From Azolla caroliniana (lineage: Eukaryota; Plantae; Polypodiophyta), in assembly GCA_043228905.1 (NCBI GenBank), contig JBHGNT010000246.1:1-45593 (forward strand): DNA of 45,593 bases, in the 5' to 3' direction. A model generated the notes under the pieces. The model made no database searches and was not told the origin of the DNA. It saw only the letters and a list, made by a program, of their open reading frames with translations. Of this stretch, positions 34,937-45,593 are shown piece by piece. Positions within the stretch are counted from its first letter, which is position 1. The number at the start of each line of letters is the position of its first letter. The translations under genes and the position numbers were made by a program.

Positions 34937-37900
34937 ATGTCGTCTTCGTCGTCTCTGTTCAAGACCAAGCTTTGCCATCTCTTCCTGCGAGGGAACTGCC
35001 ATCGCCAGACCTGCTCCTTCGCCCATGGGGACGCCGAACTTCGCAGATCATCGTCGTCGGCCAACAATGCATCTGTTGGACTTCTCAATGGTACCGTCTT
35101 TTGTTTTTCTTTTTCTCTAATCCTCTCTTACACACACACACACCACTTTGGTGCTGCACGCACTATTTCTTCTTTTCGTGAAAGATCATTGCCCCCGTGC
35201 ATGCTCCATTTTTCCTAGTATCATATTTGACGGAATAAATCTCCAAAATACAGTCGTTTTGCAACATAATACAATGGAATGTTTCTGAGATCAAGATTCA
35301 TTGATTTTAACATTTCCTTACCCATCTCTGCAAAAGGTTATCCTCTGGTAGCATTTTCTCATACAAATGCAAAATACATATTGTTTATGTATTTTGGAAG
35401 ATTCTCATGCCATAAGGAAATATGGGAAGTATCTTTAGTACTAGAGTCTCCAATATGAAGAGGCAATCCCCTTTCCATCTACATAAACTAGAAAGTTGCT
35501 ATCACAAATCTGATGCAATTTGACTGCCCATAGTGGGTTTTTTTTAAGAGGCAGCTTCTCTGCCTCGTACATATGCAAATAGGATATCCATTCTTTGATA
35601 CCTATAAATAATTGTATAATGTAAAGTTTGGTTTCTTGATGTAGAAAACAATTGCCTTACTCACATAAAAAGCTTTGTTCTGTAAACATCTTTCAAGCAC
35701 TCAGTCAATAATATGTCTCCATCTCGTTTTAAACTCGTCATTTTACCCGTATAAAGTAGCTGATTGCCTCCTCTGACCATGTTTTTCACTTCATTCTTCA
35801 ACACCTCTGCCATGTTTGCGTTGTTCCACTACTCTTCATTTCTTTTATGATGTGATTTCAGATTCTGCACAGCTATTTATTAAAAGATTTGCAAGAAATA
35901 ATAAGGAAACAATATTTTGAAAGGCTTTTATTTGTATTCTTTGTTGACATATCAAACTCTCCTGCACACTCATTGGGCATGGCATGTATGTGCAAAAGTT
36001 CACCTTTGAATTAATGAATGGGAGATGCGTTTGCATTAACAAAGTGCACTTCATTACTAGATTGGTGATCCTAATTTCTGTGTACTTACACGAATGTCCT
36101 ATATAAACTAAGTTCCCCTAATCTACCAAATTGTCAATCTACATGTTGAATATGGTAGATTCATTGTTCTAATCATCCCTCATTTTGCTTGATATTATTG
36201 TCTTTGGTCTATGGTTTTCTCTTTTTCTCTGTACTCTAATGTGCACATACAGACACAAGACACATACATACTTAATCTATTCGGTTGCATAGTACTATAT
36301 TCTCCAGGTCTTTGACATGGTATCATAGTGTGAGAGTTATTAGCATAGCCTCTCCATTGCTTCTATGTGAGCGTTTCTATGTTGCTGCTGTGTTGCTCTT
36401 GAAGTTTTCATTGAAGAACAAACTTTCCTTGTCAACTAGGTTGACCGATGCTTTTGTGTAGAACTTACAAAGCACCCATGAATGCTCTTGAAGTCTACCA
36501 CAATAAGTTGTTAGGGCGATAGAAAGGAAGACAAAATGAAGAACAAATCGCCACCAACATCATTGATATGAAAATAGGTAGCTCAATCCCTAATGAGAAG
36601 CTAGATTGTACTAACTTTGCAAGTTAGAAGTACAAGATTCACTGATACCTTGTCAGAAAGAAAGAAAGATATATTAACTTCTTCTAAGACCAAAATTGGT
36701 CCATGAGACAATTGATTACAATAATGGGATGTGTACCCAATCATTGAAAATAAAAAATAAAATAAACATAAAGGAAATGGCTATGTGCTGGGTTTCATTT
36801 CCATCCAAGTCTCTCGGAAAGGAGTGGGGTTGAAGGGTTTTGATGCAGGTGTGTCCCATGGTCTCGATGTAAATGGTATCCTGACCATAGCTTCTTGGCA
36901 AGGTAACTCATGTTCCCTTATCTTCTTAATTACTTTAGCATGACGAGTGACTTTGAAGCCTGGTATTCGAGGGCGTTTGTTCTTTGGTTTTTTGCTTTAG
37001 TGAGGGAGAGGCCAAGTGGTGTAGGTGTGTCCATGCTCATCGTCCCCACTTGTCCCCCCATCCTTGAAAAAATTTAGTGGTTACATGTTAGTCAATTAGA
37101 AAAGCTATAGTTAACATTTTGTAGCTTATTCTCTCTATGCTGTTTTAACTCTAAGATTACCTACCTAGTGTCTTTATGTTTGAGGTATCCAATAGTTGGG
37201 AGAGGGTCCAAGTATGTCTTGATATTTTTCTCTTATCTCGACATAAGCTGGACATTTGCGTGTAAAATGATTTACTCATCCTCTATCTCTATGTGACATA
37301 ATCTACATATCCTTTCCTCTCTAGGAACTCTATTAGCATGACCATTTTCAATCTCAAGTTGGTGGGATGATACTGTAAGTTGTCCAATGGCAACCCTTAG
37401 TGCATTTGGTAAGAACATATCTAGATATTTTGGTTTTGGTTGTATAAAACCTAACTCAGAGAAATGCATGAAGTGTTCATGATAGTACAACATTTTAGAA
37501 GGGAATGACTCTAGTGGGTTGATCCATTTATGTCGAGTATAAATTTGCCATATTTCTTGGCGTATCACTATGGTCCTCATGGGAGATTAAAGTTTTATCG
37601 GTCTCATGGTCGTACTTAAGAGGAGGTAGGTTGTTAATGTCTAGGCCGTTTGTGAAAAGCCAACTTACCATTGTACCATACTGATGAAGAGATAGAGAAA
37701 AATGATAGAGAAGAGAGGAGGAGGAAAAAAGAATGCTTCAATATACTAATAAGAAAAGAATACAATACTCTTATACTTTAAGAGTAACAAAAACCAAATA
37801 ACTACTTAAATATAATATTAGACAAAAATGTCTTTCCTTCTTCACCCTTTCTTCTACTAAGCTTCTTATAACCCTCTTATTCTTTCTCCCTTCTTCTTGT

Positions 37901-40900
37901 AGATAATCTATCCCCTCCTTATAGATATTCTATTCTTCTTCCATCCCCCATATTGCTAAGAATACCGCATATTTATAGGTTTTTAGTTGCGTTATTCTTG
38001 CTTTTTTCTTTTCTTTTCTTTTACATATCCTCGAGTTTGTGTGGTGCGTTTTTCATAAAATTATTTCTGGGTTTTCATCCAATTTTTTCATACAAGAAAG
38101 CTCTCTTTGTCAGCTTTCTTACAAATCTTTTCTTTTGAATTTTGGATAAGAGATGAAGAAGTTATGCGCTTTTTTTTCTACCTTGCTTTTTCTGCTTAAT
38201 TTCCTGTGTTTTTCTTTTTTTTTCTTTTTTTCTGCTTTTTCTACTTTTGAAAAACGCCTCTAACTTTATTTCTCTTCAATTTCATTTATCTTTTAACTCT
38301 TGGACCTTTTATATTGTGCTTTATTCTTCTATACCTTCGCATCCAATGTATTTGTCACGGTCTTTTCCTATGAGCAAAAATTGACTTCACACATACCAAG
38401 AGCTAGTATCATATAGAGTTTGGGGCTATATATTGATGACAATTTGGAGAATTTACCAGATTATGTGCATACTAACCACCCAAGCTGGAAGCAAGTGATG
38501 AGTTGCGTGTTGTATTGTTGAATGACTTGCATGCATGACTATATGCAAGATGCAAAGATGTTGAAGGACACATGGAACAACTTGAAGAAGATGTTCGCCA
38601 CCTACACAATTGCTCGCAATCATCAACTTCAATGAGGGTTGAAGAGCACTCAATACAAGGGTGCATGTATCAACGGCGACATCGTAGGAATAAAGATTCT
38701 GTGCGACTCTCTTACCCTGATTGACTAATGGCTTTGACAAGGAAGAGATGGTCCACATGCCTATAAGGCTTATTACGATGCTTCGGCCCTCTCAAGAGCT
38801 GCCATCATCATGAGAGATGCACTGCCCACATTCTTTGACCCATGATCGATGTTGCTCAATGAAGAGAATTATGGTGAAACAACCAATATGGCTCACAAAG
38901 TGAAATGTTCGAAATATAGTTAATTGATAGTTGTGATTGAGAAAAACAAAGATCAACAGGCATGTCTGGCAAAAGGTACAACAAAAGCACGTGGTATACT
39001 TATCTACAAGATGTAAACTTCCAAAATCGATACAACATATATAAATTGGAAATCTTCTTAGAAGTGGCCCATGTCCCTCAATGGGACAATGTAAGTTGGG
39101 ATCTCATATCGAATTTGCCATATATGCAAAAATCATCAGACAATTAATACCAGCAAGCCATCAATTATTTAGTCAAGCTCGTTGTATGTATGATTGACTA
39201 AATAATTGAGCTTGAAGGGGTGTGTTGAGATGACAAGCTCAACCACACCCTCATGTGTGAATACACACTCCTTGGGGTCCATTTATGCTAAAGTTCACCA
39301 TTGGCTTAATAAATATGATATTCCATTGCATTAATGAAGTTGCTATTTTAGATTTCATTCCTAGATTGATCCTAATTTCAATGTATACCTACAGATATGT
39401 CCTATATAAACCAAGCTCTCCCATCTTGTATCAAATTGTTAATTTATGCATTGATTATTCTAGATTCATTGCCATTATAATCTTTCCCTATTTTGCTTGA
39501 TATTATTATCCTTGCTGTATACTAATCTCTTTCTCTTTGTCTGCTAATGCACACATATACACACAATGCCCACAGTATATCTTTGTTATATATTCTGTTG
39601 CATAGACTATAGGTTGAATTCTTTATATTCTTACTATTATAAATTAAAACAGCCTCAAGAACTGTTCTTGGAGTGCAAGATGTTTCATTTCTTAGATAAA
39701 TGTTCTGTATTCAACAAAGAAAATTGTTATCCAGAGTGATGATATTTATATTTGATTCATGGGTCAGCGTACATGAGAAGTAGTGATCCATATATTGGTT
39801 TCGTAGTCTTGCCATTCACCTTCTATCTCAAATTTACTTTTTATTTCTTTGCTTTGTTTTTTTATTGACCTAGGATAAATACTTGTCTGGATTCCAAATG
39901 TGTAGATGATCCTAGATTCCAATCATTACTTTAATAATCTCTTCAGCAACATATTCACCTAGGAATGTGAACAAATAGATATCATTTGTGTGATTCCACA
40001 TTCAAAAGTTAATGAATACAATTTGAACAGATGAGGGCTAACAATATAGATATATTGTTAGAAGTCCAACAATTCATATAATAATGCAAAATTTTCCATC
40101 ATTTTCGTTTGTATAAACTGGTCACTGTTGTTGCAAGAATATGAAGTTATGGTTTCAAGCAAAAGGAAGCAAATATCTAACCATGCATTTTAGCAATAGG
40201 ATCTTTACTCCCCTCTAGTTCACACTATCAATTCTCATAGCATTAAGAAAATGTTGTTTCAGTGTAGAGCGTGTATTCTGCTGCCGCAACAGATTGCTTC
40301 TAAACATTGCAGGAGTTTGCTTTTCTCTTTCTCTCTCATCCCCCAAATTTTGTGTGAAGTTTATGAAGTCACAAACTGTTGGAAGAATAGACTGCTCTTA
40401 TGTGGTTATCATTGTGAACTTTTGAAATAGTTTGAAATCTTCCTGGGTTTTTGAAGCTGAATTGTATTTGTGGGTTCCAATTGATTTTCAGAACCATTTA
40501 TATATTTAGCTGTTTGCTATGACCTAGAGCAGCAGTTTGGGCATGAAGTATAAGTGTTTTGGAGCAACTGAATCTATGATTGGTTCTAAGTATTTGTAAT
40601 TTGTTGATTGTTTTTAAGTTCAAATCACGTTTCATGACCTGATTTGTTTCACATGTACCACACATGAAACCCAATTTGATTTGCATATGGATTTTGTGTT
40701 CCATACACATGAAATCTGATTGCCTTGGCAGATTATGTGCCTATGTGTATAGGGTTCCCTCCATTGCGAGCTTTAACCTAACTTGTCATAAATTAATGAT
40801 GTAGGTAGACGGGAATTTCGAGGAGATTTGAGGGAGCGACTTCAAAGAAGGCATTCTCCTCGTAGTAAACGATTTTCACCTGGAAGAGATTCTAGGGGAC

Positions 40901-43900
40901 ACCAAGACAGAGGTATGTTTTTCAATGCACGACGAAATTTTCTTTCCTTATATGTGCATTCCTTCAGAATTAGATACTGGTTCTCGCAACGATGTGAAAT
41001 ATAAACGTCAAATTGGAGACGGTTTAACGTAAAGCATAGTGACAAAGGCTGATACATGGTGGAACATCATTATTCTATTCATAAGAAAATAAACGAAAGC
41101 AATAGTTTGGTTTGTGTCTAATTAGCAAAATGTTTTGCAGTTTTGATTGAATGCCTCATGAGGTCTGATTGATCAATGCATGAATTTGGTTCAAATAAAA
41201 GGTTTGATCCAAATTTGTAAGATCATACCCTTCCATATTGACAAACAACAGATATTCCAGTAGGGTATGTTCACTTTCACATCTATGAGATGATTGGACA
41301 TCTGTAGTGAAACCAATACAACAACTGTGAGGCTGGTTCAAACCTCTCTCTTGCATCTAACTACGTTTTAGTGAATGCCAACCACCCTGACATGTGTTTT
41401 CAATGAAAACGGGGGTGCATTGATTATGGTAGGTGGGTTAACTGTTGGGCATAGCAACTTACAAAATAAAAGAAACAATATAATGTCTTCTAAAAGGTAG
41501 TATCGTCATTTCACTCACTAAGTTGTGTTTTATCTGCCACATAGGAGTACATGAGCATAGCTCTCATTGTATCAGACCCTGCTGTGATCCTTAAGTTTTG
41601 TGGAGGAGACAATGGTGGATCCGAGGTGGAGATCTGGCGTGGAGTCCAAGCTGTGTCCAGAAAACCAAACTTTTAACTTAGTGGATCAACTAGATAGGAA
41701 GTTTTTGAAACAAAGTGGGTTTGGAAGATCAAGTACAAGGTTGATGGGTCTGTGGATAAGTACAAACTGATGCTTTTAGAAAAAGGAATGAGCTAAAAAG
41801 AAAGGAGTAAACTTTAAGGACCATTCTCTCCGGCTGCCAGACTCAGGATGATCCGAGTAGTCCTAGCTTTGTCTGTGGTACAAAATTGGCTAGCATATGA
41901 GATGAGTGACAAGTCCACTGTTTTTGAATGGCCGTCTCTAGGAGGTATTCATGGAACAACCACGGGGTTTTGAGCTTCAGAAAACAAAGACTTAAGGTTG
42001 TGGAGAGCTCTGTATACGCTAAAGCAATCACTGCAGGTGCGGTATGATTGGGTTGACAGATTCATCACATAACAAGAATTTTGGAGATGTCCAGCGGGCG
42101 TTGCAGTGTATGTTCATACAGAAGGTGAGAGGATACTGATCCTTGTGTTGTACTTGGACAATCCAATCCTCATTGACAGCAATGAGGTGGATCTGGATCG
42201 GTTAAAGCAAAGGCTGAGGTCTTCATTGGATCAAGCAATTGGTATGTGTAAAGCATTTGGGGGGGGCTGTTAGATGTGAATAAACACCAACAAACCTCAC
42301 GTATGTAGTTGATAAATAATGGGGGCGGTATTGATTATAATAGAGGAGTTAGCCACAGGGTATAATAACCTAATGTATAAAAAGAACCTCAGAATGTAAT
42401 CTAAGGTTAGTTTGTTCAATTTCACTCATGTAGTTGTATCTGTATCATAAGAAAAGTTAGGTTAGAAGGCAATCGATGAAGGAAGAAGGTACAAACAAAA
42501 GAAAGAAGCCATTATAGGAAAGACAATGGAAGAAAGACAACAGAAAGCTGGAAAGAAGCAAAGTCACAAATGATAGAACGGAAGGTACAAAGAAGTGATA
42601 GGATGAAAGAGTGACAAATCATGAAGAAATGAAGCAAGTTAAGGCATGGAAAGGAAAAATATGCCCTCAGCAATGTAATATAGGTGTATAGGTGCAAAAA
42701 GGGAAAAAAATAAATATAGAATTCTATATATGTATTCCTTTTCTCATTTAGATCTTAAAAATGATATTTTTTGTTTTCAAACCCTTGCTGATTGGTTAAT
42801 GCTAGAGAATTGCCTCAAAAACATCATCAAACCCAGCAAGCTCATCCAACTCATCAAATATATCATATAACCCATCAATTAAAAGCTTGGACTCAAAAGT
42901 TTCCACCTCAAATCCCGAATGAGGTTTTATTCTGAATTATGAAACGTTCACAGAAAAGGAGATTTTATTTTACAGATCAAAATTGGGTGGAAGTTATCCC
43001 ACTACCAGAAAAATTAAAATCAGAAAGCTTTCAATTCTTATGATTCTATAGACTATCTCTATTCATGTTGTATGCGATAGGGGTCACGTCAGGATCCTTT
43101 TGGGAGTTCACTCTGAACTCACAAGGTTTGTGGCTGGGTATGATTCAGAGATTTTCCAGATAGTGATGGAAATATTTGACAATGAGCTGCCCGTGGAGTT
43201 TCACTTTTCAGAAGAATATATTCAGGAGTGCTCCATCTCTCCAGAAATGGTTCCTCAAAATTTGAATGCTTGCTTCCCGAAGGTCATCCTCAATGTCATC
43301 CCTCTTCTCTTGGAAAAGGTTAATGAAGGGTGATGGCTATTAGAGGTACCCAAACCGTTGCAGGACACCTATTGAGTGTTAGCTCAGATTGGCGATCTCG
43401 ACGTCGCTGATAATGTGCACAGAATCGATCAATTATTTGTGTATTGGATGCAATACCTTGAAGTGCTCGATTGGTCTGGACCTCCCCTCTACCTCCCTAT
43501 GAACAATGGCATGAATGTCTTATCAATACCGCCAGAATAGCTGGCTTTGTAGGTGGTTCATAGGTCGATTGGTTTGAGAGTGCACTCTTACAACAAATCA
43601 CAATCATGTGGAAGTGCTCCTCCAAACTGGTGACTTTGCCATGGATGAAGTGTCCCATGGATAAAGAAATGTACCTCCTATTATGAAGTGCTGGTGATTT
43701 AGGCCACTCGGAACTTATATAAGTCTGAAAGGAGATGTTCAGATATGTAGGATTGCAGGGTAGAGAAGAGACACATGTCCATCACTCCTGCAAGGTGGGC
43801 ACATGGGCACATGTGAATAACTGCCAACAACCCTAATACATGTGGCTGACAAAAAAGACTGGTGCATTACGAAATGCTTTTTCAATCTATGGGGTGGAAG

Positions 43901-45496
43901 TATGGGGCGATAGCACCCCCAAGTCCACTTGGAAAGAGTTTGAAAAAAATCCAAAAGCATTTTCTTTCAAAGTTTCTCCAAGTGAATGTATAATTTTCTA
44001 ACTTCCCTTTCCCCTATTTAGATATGTTTATCATGTTTAATTCAAGAAAAGTATAAGTAACGGTTTAATATATATCAGGTCGGAGTTATTCCAGGTCTCC
44101 TGTAAGAGGTCGATCCAATAGATCTGCTTCCCCCTCCGATTCTGGGCCATATAAGAGGTTTTTCCCTTCTGATCTGCACTGTTAAGGTTCATGTGCGCTT
44201 ACTAAGAATGCATGCATCTTGGTGTCTTGAACATGGTTTGTACTGTACCCTGGCTAAGTTAGCAGGCACGTATAGAAATATGTATACACTTTCTTGTATG
44301 GTTTTGATTTCTTTGACGATTGTCCACTGGATTTGAGTTAATTAACCCACACATTCCACTTGACAATCTTATTGTCTGTTTATTCAGCATAGTAGAGGTA
44401 ACTGCCTTCTGTTATTGACTATATGTTGATTGCAGGGGTAAAAAAAGACTTCGGCATGATGAACGTCCTAGTGAGAATTCTGAAGATCCAAGAAATTCTG
44501 CTGTATCCATTGACAGGAGTCCTCAGAATGCCTTGGAATCTCTTTCTCCTGATCCCTTTGAAGAGCTTGAAGAAGAGGTAATAAGTGCAGAGCTGAAAAT
44601 TTCCTCATCTTTTCAACCCTGATCTTGAGCTTCTGGATAAGAACATGTTTCTTTTTATCATTAGTTTTTTATTATGTGAATCCTTTTTGGTCTACAGTGT
44701 TGGGTTTTCTAAGTACTGCCTAGCTGTCAAATATGTTGAATTCATATAGTCAAGATTTGGCAGTGTGTTCATCATGTCAACAATGTTAGCACTTCCCAAC
44801 ATGTTAACTGGTGGCAGTAATTGCTTTTATTGGGCTTATTACTTATTTAGGTTTCTCACACATTTATTTTCTGGAATATAGGAGTATATCAGATTGCTGT
44901 TCCAGACAAGAGAGCATGTGAGCTTTATTTCACCTTTGGGTTCCCTCCTAGGGTATATCAGATTTTTGTATGAGACGAGAGCATATAGACTGATCTCTCC
45001 TTTTGATCCTCTCTTGGGAAGAATTTGTGTTTTGAATTTTAGAGTTACGGGTAAAGAATGTGCCTATTTCCGTAATGAGCATACTGCAGATTTCTGTTCC
45101 AGACAAGAGAGCATGTAGGTTTATTTCACCTTTGGGTTCCTCCTAGGATGAATTTATGGTTTTGAGTGTATCAGATTTTTGTGTGAGACAAGAGAGCATT
45201 ATGACTGATTTCATCTTTTTGTCCTCTCCTGGGAAGCATTTGCGATTTGAATTTTAGAGTTATGGGCAAAGAATTTGCCTATTTCTGTAATGAGCAAGCA
45301 TACTACATGTAATATAACCATCTTGTGCATTGTCATAGAAATGAACTCTCAAATTAGTTGTCTTTGTAAATGTAGGATGCATTTGTTTAATTTCTATATT
45401 TCTAATATTCTGTTAATTCCTGTTTTAATATTTGCACAGCTTCATGAGGTGCATGCAGAGATTGAGTCTTTGAAAGTCCACTTACTTGATTATGAG
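34937..45496 (+). CDS. CCCH zinc-finger protein, At3g21810 (C3H40)/rice C3H13-like; 5' part only. Exons 34937-35090, 40805-40912, 44079-44157, 44436-44577, 45440-45496
   Basis: Exon 1 MSSSSSLFKTKLCHLFLRGNCHRQTCSFAHGDAELRR (C-x7-C-x4-C-x3-H). Exon 2 GRREFRGDLRERLQRRHSPRSKRFSPGRDSRG. Exon 3 GRSYSRSPVRGRSNRSASP. Exon 4 GKKRLRH...EELEEE. Exon 5 LHEVHAEIESLKVHLLDYE. All introns are GT-AG with consistent phases 1,1,2,0. The gene continues past the window. Orthology is from memory of the family, not a search. Confidence 0.87.
35942..39627 (+). mobile_element. Old, internally deleted copia-type LTR element in intron 1
   Basis: 5' LTR 35942-36317; PBS TGGTATCATAG at 36318; gag relic EKLDCTNFAS*KYKIH (~36595); PPT GAGCTTGAAGGGGTG (~39208-39222); 3' LTR 39223-39627; TSD TTCTT at 35937-35941 and 39628-39632. 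Confidence 0.8.
36657..37685 (-). mobile_element. 5'-truncated RTE/RTE-X-like non-LTR element nested in the intron-1 LTR element
   Basis: C-terminal signature LRVAIGQLTVSSHQLEIENG..PREERICRLCHIEIEDE*HFTRKCPAY, then a ~500-bp 3' UTR ending in (CTTT)3 exactly where the host gag relic stops. Clade assignment is tentative. Confidence 0.65.
41690..42270 (+). pseudogene. Degenerate copia RT fragment followed by a PPT and LTR start, in intron 2
   Basis: KWVWKIKYKVDGSVDKYK, FMEQPRGF, RALYTLKQS, ILVLYLDN; G-rich PPT then TGTTAG at ~42268. Confidence 0.75.
43886..43984 (+). mobile_element. Short RTE/RTE-X-like LINE RT-distal fragment in intron 2
   Basis: IYGVEVWGDSTPKSTWKEFEK(frameshift)IQKHFLSKFLQV matches the LYGxEVWG...E..Q..F motif. 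Confidence 0.55.
44885..45306. repeat. Higher-order (A-B)x2 tandem duplication in intron 4
   Basis: ~200-220 bp unit at ~44890 and ~45088. Each unit has two sub-units starting CAGATT..TGT...AGACAAGAGAGCAT. Confidence 0.85.
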
Positions 45497-45552
45497 GTGA
45501 ACGTAGTACCTTTCTGCTCTTTATTGTCATGAAATATATTCATGTGTTTGTT

Positions 45553-45593
45553 GAGATCGAGTCTTTGAAAGTCTACATACTTTATTATGAGGT
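45553..45593 (+). repeat. Partial duplicate of exon 5 including its donor site
   Basis: GAGATCGAGTCTTTGAAAGTCTACATACTTTATTATGAGGT versus 45458-45498 GAGATTGAGTCTTTGAAAGTCCACTTACTTGATTATGAGGT; 4 mismatches in 41. Confidence 0.9.

Noticed and set aside
1-45593. tRNA, rRNA, snRNA genes or a prokaryote-like defence locus
   Set aside because: None recognised. The only tRNA-related sequences are retrotransposon PBSs, and the YqaJ-like gene has a predicted intron and no partner genes nearby.

Overview
AT-rich eukaryotic DNA, most likely from a land plant. The TE-filled multi-kb introns and the L1/copia/RTE-like families suggest a fern or other non-flowering plant (inference). Two host genes are supported, both on +. 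The first is a two-exon YqaJ/lambda-exonuclease-like PD-(D/E)xK nuclease (1378-2660). The second is the 5' part of a CCCH zinc-finger/RS-rich gene similar to Arabidopsis At3g21810 (five in-phase exons, 34937-45496, running off the window). The ~32 kb between them is a nested retroelement graveyard: two full-length L1-type LINEs in divergent orientation (9762-18247 minus, 18-bp TSD; ~28401-34713 plus), a full-length decayed Tnt1/Tork-like copia (20448-25789), three solo LTRs, a truncated copia and several minisatellites. Intron 1 of the CCCH gene holds another old LTR element with a nested LINE fragment. I find no prokaryote-type system (no CRISPR, no operon) and no clearly new system. The best leads are: an L1 with a ~1.8-kb repeat-containing 3' extension inside its TSDs; a LINE ORF1 still open while ORF2 has ten nonsense codons, inserted just upstream of the CCCH gene; covarying hairpins shared by the copia LTRs; and the virus-like nuclease with a possible transit peptide. 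Coordinates were read by eye and may be off by a few bases.
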